DNA from: an uncultured Planctomycetales bacterium
Lineage (GTDB): Bacteria; Omnitrophota; Gorgyraeia; Zapsychrales; JANLHA01
Direction of reading: 5' to 3'
Assembly (NCBI GenBank): GCA_964489065.1
Contig: CAZAXH010000001.1
Coordinates: 374,358 to 438,357 of the forward strand
DNA length: 64,000 bases
Part shown: piece by piece, positions 21,921 to 31,194 of the stretch
How positions within the stretch are numbered: position 1 is the stretch's first letter
How the letters are laid out: each line of letters opens with the position of its first letter
Notes under the pieces: generated by a model
Told to the model about the DNA's origin: nothing
What the model saw: the letters and a program-made list of their open reading frames with translations, nothing else
The model's database searches: none
Position numbers and translations under genes: made by a program

Positions 21921-22655
21921 TCACATTATTTCTTCAATCACGCTTTTTAAATAATCCAAAGCCGAAACGACACGCGCATAATCCATTCGCTGGGGCCCCA
22001 AGACAGCAATGCGGCCACAGGCACCGAGTGAAGTTCTGAAGCTCGAAACCGCCAAGGCACAGGAATCAGAAATACTTTCACATGCAATTTCGCTTCCGAT
22101 TAAAATTTTCACCTTTTTTTCCAATTCCTGATTGATAATCGACAGCAACCGCTCTTTTTCTTCCAAAATAACCAAAATCCCCCGGATTTTCTGGATATCC
22201 TGGTATTCCGGATATGTCACGACATAATTTGTGCCACGGCAAAACAGTCGCCCCTGCCAGCAATCTACGGACACAATACTGGTATAATGCGTCATATCTG
22301 AAAGCAGTTGCGACGTTTTCTCCAGCAATGCTTCCAAATCCTTGACGCCCTGGTCATATTCCTCCTTAATGCGGGCTTTTTCCTCCTCGAGAAGCTTTAT
22401 TTCAAACATTAAATTGTCCACATAAAACCGGTACCCATCCTGGGTGGGAATCCTCCCGGCAGAAACATGAGGGTGTGTCAGGAAGCCTTCCTCTTCCAGT
22501 TCAGCGAGGATATTCCGGATTGTCGCAGAACTTAAATCCGGCAAATATTCATGAGCGATAAATGAAGAACTGACCGGAGACACGGTTTTGATATATTCAT
22601 TGACAACAATCCCCAAAACCCTTTCTTTCCTGATCTGGTAGTCAACATTTTTCAT
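21921..22655 (-). CDS. hrcA: Heat-inducible transcription repressor HrcA
   Basis: N-terminal winged-helix with LSSATIRNILAELEEEGFLTHPHVSAGRIPTQDGYRFYVD, diagnostic for HrcA; first gene of the hrcA-grpE-dnaK operon; a CIRCE-like element lies immediately upstream. Confidence 0.8.
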   Translation of the reverse strand: MKNVDYQIRKERVLGIVVNEYIKTVSPVSSSFIAHEYLPDLSSATIRNILAELEEEGFLTHPHVSAGRIPTQDGYRFYVDNLMFEIKLLEEEKARIKEEYDQGVKDLEALLEKTSQLLSDMTHYTSIVSVDCWQGRLFCRGTNYVVTYPEYQDIQKIRGILVILEEKERLLSIINQELEKKVKILIGSEIACESISDSCALAVSSFRTSLGACGRIAVLGPQRMDYARVVSALDYLKSVIEEIM

Positions 22656-22710
22656 GGCAATACCGGTTCCTCAAAATTGTAACTACTTGATATTAATTAA
22701 ATTTTAACTT

Positions 22711-22737
22711 TTAGCACTCAGCCTGTGGGATTGCTAG
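22711..22737. promoter_or_regulatory. CIRCE-like HrcA operator upstream of hrcA (TTAGCACTC-N9-GATTGCTAG)
   Basis: The left arm matches the CIRCE consensus TTAGCACTC exactly; the right arm has 2 mismatches to GAGTGCTAA, with 9-nt spacing; it lies ~55-80 bp upstream of the hrcA start. Confidence 0.6.
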
Positions 22738-22846
22738 GCGGATATTATAACAAAATTACCATCATTGTCAATAATGTTTTTCTCTCCCCAACCCCCGGTT
22801 TTCGGCACATAGAAATTTCTGAAAACCGGGGACAAGAGGACGTCTA

Positions 22847-23464
22847 TCACGTGTTCTTTCGGGTTTTCAAAAGGCTGTCAATAAGGTGGCTGGAACCGAC
22901 TCCACAGCTAATAATAGACCGCATGGCTTCTTCAACCGAAACCTGAGTCACGAAGACCGTACCTGCCGGAAGATGAAAAATCAGACCGGTTGTGGGATTG
23001 GGAGCGGTGGGAACAAAAACCGTGTAGCTCCCGTCCTGGTGTTCATCGGTCACAAAAGCCGTCATTAAGACTCCCGACCCGCCGATGTCCACCAGCGCTA
23101 CTTTTGAGAAAAAATGCTTCTTCCCTCCCAGTATTTGCAGGACTGTTTCCTTAATCAAATTATACCCAGGGGCAATTTTAAGGAATTTTTCTTCAATCAA
23201 GGAATGAACGATCCGCCCCACTCCGGTGCGGACCACGACCCCGACCACAAAACACAAAAGCACGATAACAAGCAGGCCCAGGAAGTCCGCGAGAAGCTCC
23301 TTCACGCGAGAATGCGCCACGATCAGATTCGTTATCGGCTGCAATAAACCCGTGATGAAATTAAACAGCCAGCTGAAAACCGTGAACAAAATCGCGACCG
23401 GGAGAATCACGGTCAACCCGCCGATAACTGAAGTTTTAAAAAAACGTTTCAATCTGGCAACCAT
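22847..23464 (-). CDS. DUF502 family membrane protein
   Basis: 205 aa, two N-terminal TM helices followed by a conserved soluble domain with the pattern typical of DUF502; unknown function. Confidence 0.55.
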   Translation of the reverse strand: MVARLKRFFKTSVIGGLTVILPVAILFTVFSWLFNFITGLLQPITNLIVAHSRVKELLADFLGLLVIVLLCFVVGVVVRTGVGRIVHSLIEEKFLKIAPGYNLIKETVLQILGGKKHFFSKVALVDIGGSGVLMTAFVTDEHQDGSYTVFVPTAPNPTTGLIFHLPAGTVFVTQVSVEEAMRSIISCGVGSSHLIDSLLKTRKNT

Positions 23465-23473
23465 AAGTGGAAA

Positions 23474-24148
23474 CTATGTCCTTGCCTTCATTTCCGTCAA
23501 TTTAACAATCAAAGGAAGGATCTTTTTTATGTACTCTTCAATAGAAGACACATTCAACTGCAAATTAAGCAGACTGGGTTTAAGCCCCCCACCCGGAGGA
23601 TGAAAATGCAGGATAACAAAACCTTCAACAACTTCCAGCGACATAACGGGATGCCCTACGGAGTCCCTGTTTTTAAAAGATTCAAATATCTTCTGTATTT
23701 TATCGTCGTTTAACACTTCAACCGCCTTAAGCCCGTCATTCGTACTCAATTCAAAATCGCCCAACCCTTTCGGCAAGGGAATACGCGTCAGCGCCTGCGG
23801 GTTGGCGACATCCAGGAGAGAATCCAGGCTGGCCCGCATGGACTGCCGGCTGCGTTCTGTAAAATTCAGCGTCAGCGGAAGGGGAGTTTGCGCTTTAAGA
23901 CAGGCGCGGTGAAGCCTTTTTCCTCCAGAAACGGTTTCCTCAATGTGCTCAAAAACAAAAGGCTTCCCCTCGTATGTGAAATCAATCCGTTGCGGATAGG
24001 CGTCATCACCTTGCAACTCTTTTCCCTGACCCAAAAATTTCGCCATAGCTTTAAGATATTTCTTGGCATCATTGGATTTACTAGTATCTTTCTTAATGAA
24101 AATAAAAATCACCAGACCGATGATCCCCAGAACAATCAAATTGTTCAT
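23474..24148 (-). CDS. Hypothetical N-terminally anchored membrane protein
   Basis: 224 aa; single N-terminal TM (LIVLGIIGLVIFIFI); no recognisable domain. Confidence 0.4.
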   Translation of the reverse strand: MNNLIVLGIIGLVIFIFIKKDTSKSNDAKKYLKAMAKFLGQGKELQGDDAYPQRIDFTYEGKPFVFEHIEETVSGGKRLHRACLKAQTPLPLTLNFTERSRQSMRASLDSLLDVANPQALTRIPLPKGLGDFELSTNDGLKAVEVLNDDKIQKIFESFKNRDSVGHPVMSLEVVEGFVILHFHPPGGGLKPSLLNLQLNVSSIEEYIKKILPLIVKLTEMKART

Positions 24149-24368
24149 ACCCTATCCTTTGCCCGTTAAACCACGCCCCAAGCCATACAGGGCGCCGCGC
24201 CTAATTTTAAGGGAGATCCACGGGAAAAACAGCCCGGGCGGCCATCCTTAAGCCTTGAAATAATCCAGTTTATGAACGCAAAAAATAACGCGCAAAACGA
24301 CCACTTTATAAGTATTCCTATTCTATCAAATCATTATAATTTCTCAATATATTATCTAAGGAATCCTG

Positions 24369-26951
24369 TCACTGTCTTTTAATCACCAGCTCACTCCCAT
24401 CCGGAGCGACATCCATGTTTACACAATCGCCCTCGGCAACGCCTCCCTTAAGAACCAAGAGGGCTATAGGATCCTGCGCGTATTTCTGCACCACCCGCTT
24501 TAAGGGCCTAGCGCCATAAACCGGGTCATATCCTTTCCTGCCCAGCCAGGACAAAGCATCCGGGGTCAGAACAAGTTCAATGCCTTTCCGCGATAATCTT
24601 TCCTTGAGAACGCGAATTTGAATATCCACAATCTGCCGGATATCCTCTTTTTTAAGGCGGTTAAAAATAATCTTCTCATCCACTCGGTTCAAAAATTCCG
24701 GACGGAACACCGCTTTAAGCGCGTCGTTCATACGGGATTCAATCGCGGAGCTGTTATCAGCGTCGGCAAAAAGCTCGGCCCCGATGTTAGATGTCATGAT
24801 AATGATCGTATTCCTGAAATTAACGACCCGGCCCTGCCCATCGGTCAGCCGCCCGTCATCCAGGATCTGCAGCAAAGCGTTGAAAACATCATGGTGAGCT
24901 TTTTCGATTTCATCAAAAAGCACAACCGTATACGGCCGGCGCCGAACCGCTTCCGTGAGTTGCCCTCCTTCATCGTAACCGACATACCCCGGCGGGGCCC
25001 CGATCAGCCTGGACACGCTGTGCTTTTCCATATATTCGCTCATATCAATCCGGATCAGCGCCTCCGGGTCGTCGAACAAAAACCACGCCAGCGATTTGGC
25101 CAGTTCAGTTTTTCCGACGCCCGTGGGTCCCGCAAAAATAAACGAGCCAAGCGGACGGTGCGGGTCACTCAGGCCCGTGCGGGAGCGACGGATGGCTGCT
25201 GCGACCAAATCCACCGCCTGTTCCTGCCCCACAATCCGGGATCGCAGACTCTCTTCCATATGGATTAATTTTTCCGTCTCTCCTTCCATCAGCTTGGAGA
25301 GAGGGATATTGGTCCAATGGGACACAATTTCCGCGATATCCTGATCATCCACCTCTTCCTTTAAAAGCGCGCCGTTCGCCTGCATGGCGGACAAAGCACG
25401 GTTTTCTTCCTGTAATCTTTTCTCCAGATCCACGATAATCCCATAACGGATTTCCGCGACTTTCCCCAAATTCCCCTCTTTTTCAAAACGGACTTCCTCG
25501 CTCTTCTGCCGGTCGATTTCCGCTTTAATCGACTGAATTTTATGGATGGATTCTTTTTCGGCTTCCCAGCGCAACCGCAACTTTTTATTCCCCTCTTTCA
25601 GGCCGGCCAAGTCTTCATCCAGCGCCTGCAGGCGTTTGACCGAGGCCTCATCCTTCTCCTTCTTTAACGCCTGCCGTTCTATTTCCAGCTGCCGGATGCG
25701 GCGCTCATTGACGTCAAGTTCCTGAGGCATGCTGTCGATTTCGATACGCAGCCGCGACGCCGCCTCATCGATAAGATCGATGGCTTTGTCCGGCAAAAAC
25801 CGTTCCGTGATATACCGCTGAGATAAATTCGCGGAGGCAATCAAAGCCGCGTCCTGAATACGGACCCCGTGATGGACCTCGTAACGTTCTTTCAGCCCCC
25901 GCAAAATCGCGATCGTGTCTTCCACAGACGGCTCATTAACAATCACGGGCTGAAACCGTCGCTCCAAGGCCGCGTCTTTCTCAATATATTTACGATATTC
26001 ATCCAGGGTAGTTGCCCCCACGCAACGCAGAGCCCCCCGGGCCAACGCGGGTTTTAATAAATTGGAGGCGTCAATGGCCCCTTCCGCCTTCCCGGTTCCG
26101 ACAATGGTGTGAAGTTCATCAATAAAGAGGACCACCTCGCCATTACGGTTCTCCACGTCTTTCAATACGGCTTTTAACCGGTCTTCGAATTCTCCCCGGT
26201 ATTTAGCCCCGGCGATCAACGCCCCCATATCGAGGGTAATCACTTTTTTGTTTTTTAAGCCCTCCGGAACGTCCCCGGAAAAAATCCTCTGCGCCAGCCC
26301 CTCGGCGATAGCGGTCTTACCCACGCCCGGCTCACCAATCAGGACAGGGTTATTCTTCGTTCTCCGGGATAAAACCTGGATCACCCGCCGTATCTCCGCA
26401 TCACGCCCGATCACCGGGTCCAATTTCCTTTCCCTCGCTAAAGCCGTTAGGTCCCGCCCATAGCGCTCCAATGCCTGATATTTCTCCTCGGGATTGGCAT
26501 CCGTGACCTGCTGTCCTCCCCGGATCTCCCGCAAAACACGCAGGATGTCATCCTCTGAAACGCCGTGTTTCCTCAGTGCCCGGGCCAGGGAATTATTTCC
26601 CTCCCGGTACAGCACAAGCAGAATATGCTCCTGAGAAGCATACTCATCTTTCATCTGCCCCGCGGCCTTAACGGCCTGAGACAAAATTTTGTTCATCTCG
26701 GCTGACAAAAAAGGCGGCTGTCCTTCCACCCGGGGCTTTTTGCTTAATTCCTTCTCACAGGTTTCCGACACGGCGTCCGGCGGAACACTCAACCGTTTAA
26801 GGATTGCAGGGACGACCCCATCCTTTTCCTGCAGAAAGGCCATAATCACATGCTCGGCGTCAATCTGCTGATGCTGCAATTCTCCAGCCAGCTCAACCGC
26901 CTTTTGCAAAGATTCCTGATTTTTAATCGTAAATTTGTTTAAGGGCAACAT
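24369..26951 (-). CDS. clpB: ATP-dependent chaperone ClpB (Hsp100 disaggregase)
   Basis: 860 aa; Clp N-domain, two AAA+ modules ([10 protein letters not shown] and [12 protein letters not shown] Walker A), long coiled-coil middle domain between them. Confidence 0.9.
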   Translation of the reverse strand: MLPLNKFTIKNQESLQKAVELAGELQHQQIDAEHVIMAFLQEKDGVVPAILKRLSVPPDAVSETCEKELSKKPRVEGQPPFLSAEMNKILSQAVKAAGQMKDEYASQEHILLVLYREGNNSLARALRKHGVSEDDILRVLREIRGGQQVTDANPEEKYQALERYGRDLTALARERKLDPVIGRDAEIRRVIQVLSRRTKNNPVLIGEPGVGKTAIAEGLAQRIFSGDVPEGLKNKKVITLDMGALIAGAKYRGEFEDRLKAVLKDVENRNGEVVLFIDELHTIVGTGKAEGAIDASNLLKPALARGALRCVGATTLDEYRKYIEKDAALERRFQPVIVNEPSVEDTIAILRGLKERYEVHHGVRIQDAALIASANLSQRYITERFLPDKAIDLIDEAASRLRIEIDSMPQELDVNERRIRQLEIERQALKKEKDEASVKRLQALDEDLAGLKEGNKKLRLRWEAEKESIHKIQSIKAEIDRQKSEEVRFEKEGNLGKVAEIRYGIIVDLEKRLQEENRALSAMQANGALLKEEVDDQDIAEIVSHWTNIPLSKLMEGETEKLIHMEESLRSRIVGQEQAVDLVAAAIRRSRTGLSDPHRPLGSFIFAGPTGVGKTELAKSLAWFLFDDPEALIRIDMSEYMEKHSVSRLIGAPPGYVGYDEGGQLTEAVRRRPYTVVLFDEIEKAHHDVFNALLQILDDGRLTDGQGRVVNFRNTIIIMTSNIGAELFADADNSSAIESRMNDALKAVFRPEFLNRVDEKIIFNRLKKEDIRQIVDIQIRVLKERLSRKGIELVLTPDALSWLGRKGYDPVYGARPLKRVVQKYAQDPIALLVLKGGVAEGDCVNMDVAPDGSELVIKRQ

Positions 26952-26975
26952 GTCCGCCTCATTTCTTTAAAATCA

Positions 26976-27113
26976 GAAGGATCAATTCGCATTTCTAGTT
27001 TACACTCCCTCTGGTCGTGTATTAAAACCAACATCCTTCGGCTCGTTCGCTTGGGCTCTCTCGCACCGAAGGATCAATTCGCATTTCTAGTTTACACTCC
27101 CTCTGGTCGTGTA
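26976..27113. repeat. Two identical 46-bp direct repeats separated by a 46-bp spacer (92-bp period) in the clpB upstream region
   Basis: GAAGGATCAATTCGCATTTCTAGTTTACACTCCCTCTGGTCGTGTA occurs at ~26976-27021 and ~27068-27113. The spacer contains an 8-bp-stem hairpin (TCCTTCGG...CCGAAGGA). Confidence 0.6.
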
Positions 27114-27200
27114 AACTAAATGCTCATTGAAATACTGCCGGCGGCCTGGGAATGACCGGGCCATTCCCAGGATCACCTTTGCATGAAAATTAACACCTTA

Positions 27201-27650
27201 TCATTCTTTAATTTCCACGCGCCGCTCTTTAGACTCCTTCGATTTCGGGAGCACAATTTCAAGCACTCCTTCCTTATATTTCGCCTCAACGCCAGCGGCG
27301 TCGACATCCGAATCTAAAACAATCCGGCGCTCAAAGGCTCCGCAAAAGCGCTCGATTCTCCGGTAGACTTCCTCTTCGAGAGACTTTTCCTGCTTTCGTT
27401 CTCCGCTGACCGTTAACACATTGCGGTCCAAAAATATCTGAATATCTTCCTTCTTCAGTCCAGGGATATCCGCTTTAACAATGACTTTTTCGTTATTTTT
27501 TATGACATCCAAAGCCGGAGAAACGTTCCCGTTCCCTGCGTCGCCTTCCTTTATTAAAGGAAAAAATGACAGGCCGAAAAACGGGTGCCCCCAGTCAAAG
27601 ACGTCATTCCCGAGTTCTGATTGTAATTTTCTCCATTTTATAAGTGACAT
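27201..27650 (-). CDS. Hsp20/alpha-crystallin family small heat-shock protein
   Basis: 149 aa; alpha-crystallin domain with AxxxxGVLTV-like C-terminal pattern (KEGVLEIVLPK); AAGGAGG RBS. Confidence 0.85.
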   Translation of the reverse strand: MSLIKWRKLQSELGNDVFDWGHPFFGLSFFPLIKEGDAGNGNVSPALDVIKNNEKVIVKADIPGLKKEDIQIFLDRNVLTVSGERKQEKSLEEEVYRRIERFCGAFERRIVLDSDVDAAGVEAKYKEGVLEIVLPKSKESKERRVEIKE

Positions 27651-27676
27651 GGCAACCTCCTTTGTTTATTGATTTG

Positions 27677-27703
27677 TTAGCACACTCGCCCCAAGAGTGC
27701 TAT
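27677..27703. promoter_or_regulatory. CIRCE-like HrcA operator upstream of hsp20 (TTAGCACAC-N9-GAGTGCTAT)
   Basis: One mismatch in each arm relative to TTAGCACTC-N9-GAGTGCTAA; located in the 70-bp gap between the MerR-type gene and hsp20, ~25 bp upstream of the hsp20 RBS. Confidence 0.6.
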
Positions 27704-27720
27704 TTTAAAAACAAAAAAAA

Positions 27721-27999
27721 TTATTCTTCTTTATCCCGGTCTAAAATAATTTGTATTCCGCTGATATTAACTTTTTTAATAAACAATAAATATCGAATAT
27801 AATTCAATTTCTTTATCTGCTCCTTGGAATAACAGCGGGTCTTTTTTCCAATCCTCTCCGGGCAAACGATTCCTCTTTCATCCAGTTTTCTTAATGTCCA
27901 TATAGGGATATGAACCATTTCACTGACTACGCTGATGATAAATAACGGCTCGGTGGGATTAATTTCAACATCAAAATTATCAGGATAGCTTTTATCCAT
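27721..27999 (-). CDS. Small MerR-family transcriptional regulator (HspR-like heat-shock regulator candidate)
   Basis: HTH region FIISVVSEMVHIPIWTLRKLDERGIVCPERIGKKTRCYSKEQIKKLNYIRYL matches the MerR N-terminal DNA-binding fold; the likely start is the ATG of MDKSYPD preceded by GGAGG, and the track ORF extends to 28050 into the promoter; ~92 aa, lacking a long effector domain. Confidence 0.65.
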   Translation of the reverse strand: MDKSYPDNFDVEINPTEPLFIISVVSEMVHIPIWTLRKLDERGIVCPERIGKKTRCYSKEQIKKLNYIRYLLFIKKVNISGIQIILDRDKEE

Positions 28000-28026
28000 T
28001 TTTACCCCTCCGTTAATCTCGCAAAA

Positions 28027-28055
28027 AATATAACATGATCTAATTATCATGTCAA
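28027..28055 (-). promoter_or_regulatory. Consensus sigma70-type promoter (TTGACA-N17-TATATT) with embedded 7-6-7 dyad ACATGAT-CTAATT-ATCATGT
   Basis: Read on the minus strand: TTGACATGATAATTAGATCATGTTATATT, located ~30 bp upstream of the MerR-type gene RBS. The perfect inverted repeat fills the -35/-10 spacer, the typical geometry of a repressor operator overlapping a promoter. Confidence 0.5.
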
Positions 28056-28122
28056 GAATATATAACTAAAATAATTATATTTTCTAACCAGCTATAACAT
28101 CTTATATGGTAAAGACTTATTT

Positions 28123-29388
28123 CTATTCTTTGCCGGGGATCTGACTATTATAATAAACAGAGGCTATTTTGGATGGAATAGACGCGCGAAGATAAATAAC
28201 TTCATTATAATATTTCACTGCAAAAACTTGACCTTCGGCATAAGCCCGATGCACCAGGTCCATGCGGGATATAGGCAAAGTGACCTCAACTTCCGTGACA
28301 AAATCTCCGAGCAGTCGCTGCACCGTCCTCAACAGTTCCTCCACCTGTTCTCCTGTCCTAGCTGAAATCGCGACAGGATGCTGACAACTGCTCTTCAATT
28401 CACTCAACCACGCCCGGTCGTCAATAAGGTCAATCTTGTTCAATACCGTTATAATCGGCTTTTGGTCCGCCCCCAGTTCTTTTAAAACATCCAACACGGC
28501 ATTATGCCGGTTCCGAAAATGAACATCGCCGACATCCAGGACCAAAAGAAGCATGTCGGCAAAAAACACCTCTTCAAGCGTGGCCTTAAAAGATTCAATC
28601 AAATTGTGCGGCAAATTATGCATAAACCCAACGGTGTCGGAAAGGATCACCTTCTGCCGGTTGGGCAGGACACATTGCCGGGACAGCGAATCCAGCGTCG
28701 TGAACAGCCCGTCCCTGACGACCTGCTGGGCGCCGGTCAATCGGTTTAACAGCGTTGACTTCCCGGCGTTGGTATACCCCACAAGCGATATGAGAGGCAG
28801 AGACTGATCCCTCCGCTTCTTTCTCTTAGTCGCACGGTTAAGAGAGACTTCCTTTAAATTTTTCTTTAGTTTTACAATCCGTTCCCCGATACGGCGACGA
28901 TCCACTTCCAATTTGGTTTCTCCCGGCCCCAGCGTTCCGATGCCACCTCCCAGCCGGGAAAGAGCGATTCCTTTACCGACAAGCCGGGGAAGCAGATACT
29001 CCAGTTGCGCCAGTTCCACCTGCATTTTGCCTTCCTGGCTCGTGGCATGGCGCGCGAAAATATCAAGGATCAATTGGGTACGATCAATGGTTTTAACCTT
29101 AAGAATCTCCTCCAGGTTGCGCTGCTGACTCCCTTTCAAATCATGGCTGAACACGATCGTATCCACCTCAAGCTGAGCGCAAAGCGCGGCCAATTCCTGA
29201 ACTTTCCCCTCCCCCAAAAAATAAGCTGCCGTCGGTCTTTCCAGCCTGCAAAGCAAGGTCTCCACAACATCCCCGTAACAGGCCAACACCAGTTCTTCCA
29301 TTTCCCGGGCCACCTCATGGATCTGCCACCCCCGGGTCAGTTCATAATCGATCACGACCAAAAAAACTCTTTCTTTTCCGCCAGCCAT
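28123..29388 (-). CDS. hflX: GTPase HflX
   Basis: 421 aa; N-terminal HflX domain, G-domain GYTNAGKSTLLNRLT (G1), DTVGF (G3), NKID (G4). Confidence 0.85.
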   Translation of the reverse strand: MAGGKERVFLVVIDYELTRGWQIHEVAREMEELVLACYGDVVETLLCRLERPTAAYFLGEGKVQELAALCAQLEVDTIVFSHDLKGSQQRNLEEILKVKTIDRTQLILDIFARHATSQEGKMQVELAQLEYLLPRLVGKGIALSRLGGGIGTLGPGETKLEVDRRRIGERIVKLKKNLKEVSLNRATKRKKRRDQSLPLISLVGYTNAGKSTLLNRLTGAQQVVRDGLFTTLDSLSRQCVLPNRQKVILSDTVGFMHNLPHNLIESFKATLEEVFFADMLLLVLDVGDVHFRNRHNAVLDVLKELGADQKPIITVLNKIDLIDDRAWLSELKSSCQHPVAISARTGEQVEELLRTVQRLLGDFVTEVEVTLPISRMDLVHRAYAEGQVFAVKYYNEVIYLRASIPSKIASVYYNSQIPGKE

Positions 29389-29416
29389 ATACCCACACCT
29401 CTGTTTTATGATTCTT

Positions 29417-30364
29417 TCAATTTCCGGCCTTCCATCCGTCCGGCGGACAAACAGCCGTCCTGATATGCTCCGCCACGTCTCCCGCCGTCATGCCCTCGCG
29501 GATATCAACCCACTGAAGCCGCCTTTCCTTGCGAAACCACGTCAGCTGGCGTTTGGCGTAATGCCGGGTATGGAGTTTCATTAAATACCGGGCCCGGTCT
29601 TCCCCGTACTCCCGGTTCAAATACCCGGCGACTTCGCTAACACCGATAATCCGTCTCGCCGTTGGGCTTAAAGAACGCCGCAGCAAACGGCGGATTTCCT
29701 CAACCAGACCCTCTTCGAACATCTCGTCGGTTCTGGCATGGATACGGCCGTACAATGCCTCCCGAGAGCGATTAAGCGCGACCAATGTCATGCCATGACG
29801 CCCCCAGAGACCCGCCCTTTCTTGTTGAAGTTGTGAAAAAGGTTTAGCCATCGACCGGCAGATTTCCAGGGCGCGGATGATCCTTCGCACATCATGCGGA
29901 TGAATTTTCCGGGCGGCAACCGGATCCCGCTCCTCTAATTCCTTAAAAAGCACCCCGGCCCCCTCGGATTCCAAACACTGCCACAGTTCGTCCCTCAGGT
30001 ATTGTTGTTTCGGCGCCCCCAGGAAAATACCATCCAATAAAACCTGCATGTACATTCCGCTGCCGCCGGTAACAATCGCTGTTTTGTGCCGGGAATGAAT
30101 ATCCCGAATCGCCCGCCCCGCCAGGTCGTTATAAGCAGCGACATCAAACTCCTCTTCGACATCCCGGATATCAATCAGGTGATGCGGAATGCGGGCCAGG
30201 ATATCCCGCGAAGGCTTGTTTGTGGCGATATTGACATCCCGGTAAACCTGCATGGCGTCGCAAGACACGATTTCCGCCCCTAATTGCTCCGCCAGCAAGC
30301 AGGCTACGTCTGTTTTCCCGACCGCCGTCGGGCCGACAATAAAAATAACGTGCTCACAGGACAT
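29417..30364 (-). CDS. miaA: tRNA dimethylallyltransferase
   Basis: P-loop GPTAVGKT at the N-terminus, MiaA-typical length and motifs; classical miaA-hflX adjacency. Confidence 0.9.
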   Translation of the reverse strand: MSCEHVIFIVGPTAVGKTDVACLLAEQLGAEIVSCDAMQVYRDVNIATNKPSRDILARIPHHLIDIRDVEEEFDVAAYNDLAGRAIRDIHSRHKTAIVTGGSGMYMQVLLDGIFLGAPKQQYLRDELWQCLESEGAGVLFKELEERDPVAARKIHPHDVRRIIRALEICRSMAKPFSQLQQERAGLWGRHGMTLVALNRSREALYGRIHARTDEMFEEGLVEEIRRLLRRSLSPTARRIIGVSEVAGYLNREYGEDRARYLMKLHTRHYAKRQLTWFRKERRLQWVDIREGMTAGDVAEHIRTAVCPPDGWKAGN

Positions 30365-30365
30365 G

Positions 30366-31142
30366 CTAAGGATAGATTAAGGCAGGATAGCCCCAGTCGG
30401 CTAATTTTGTTTTTAAATTTTTGGCCTCGGGAAGCGTTGTGAAACGCCCTACCCGTACGCGGTAAAAACCGGTGCCGTCCTTGTCAACTGTTTCAACGAT
30501 ATACGCGTATTCCCCCCGGCCCCTCAGTTCCGCGACCAGGGTTTCGGCATGGCCCCTCTGCAGGAAAGATCCGCACTGAACAGAAAAAAACTGTTTTTCC
30601 TCTAAAAGCTGCCGGGCGGTCATGGCCTCCATGCTTCCGGGAGCAATTATAATGATCTTATCCAAAGCCCGGCGGGAATCTTCCCATCGGCCCAGTCTCA
30701 GGTTCGCCCGGGCGATCTTCAAATAGATCAGCGCTTCCAAATCCCCCCGCGGCTTGTCCCGCAATAAGGCCTCGGCTTTATGCAAAGCCACTTCATACTT
30801 TTCCTGAAAAAAATAGGCGTCAACCTCTCCGATCAGAACCCGGCCTTGCAAATGAGGGTCCGGGCTATTATTCAGAATCCGCATGAATATTTCCCGGGCC
30901 TTTTCAGGTTGTCCCAGGAACAGTTCACTCAACCCCAAGAAATACATCGCCTCATTTTTCTGAGCGAGCCCAGGTCCAGCGTCCAGGAACTCCTGGGCCA
31001 GGACTTTTGCCTCAGCGTAATCTCTCTCAATCACCGCGGTTTCAATGTCCTCCAGCGTGGCGGGAGAAAAGCCGCACAGGGCCACCCCAAAGACGCCTAA
31101 AGGCAAAATACACCGGAACACATACAGAAGTAATCGCTTCAT
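30366..31142 (-). CDS. TPR-repeat protein with C-terminal SPOR (peptidoglycan-binding) domain, secreted/periplasmic
   Basis: Signal peptide MKRLLLYVFRCILPLGVFGVALCG; TPR-like helical repeats; C-terminal FSVQCGSF...AELRGRGEYAYIVE...YRVRVGRFTTLPEAKNLKTKLADWGY resembles a SPOR domain. Confidence 0.6.
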   Translation of the reverse strand: MKRLLLYVFRCILPLGVFGVALCGFSPATLEDIETAVIERDYAEAKVLAQEFLDAGPGLAQKNEAMYFLGLSELFLGQPEKAREIFMRILNNSPDPHLQGRVLIGEVDAYFFQEKYEVALHKAEALLRDKPRGDLEALIYLKIARANLRLGRWEDSRRALDKIIIIAPGSMEAMTARQLLEEKQFFSVQCGSFLQRGHAETLVAELRGRGEYAYIVETVDKDGTGFYRVRVGRFTTLPEAKNLKTKLADWGYPALIYP

Positions 31143-31194
31143 GGCGTTTATATTAACAGAAACTCAACGACTTTGCCATTAAAAACAGCATAGA

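Noticed and set aside
26976-27113. Possible mini-CRISPR array (46-bp repeat, 46-bp spacer)
   Set aside because: Only two repeat copies, repeat length at the extreme upper end for CRISPR, no cas genes in 64 kb, and the location is a heat-shock gene leader; more plausibly a duplicated regulatory element.
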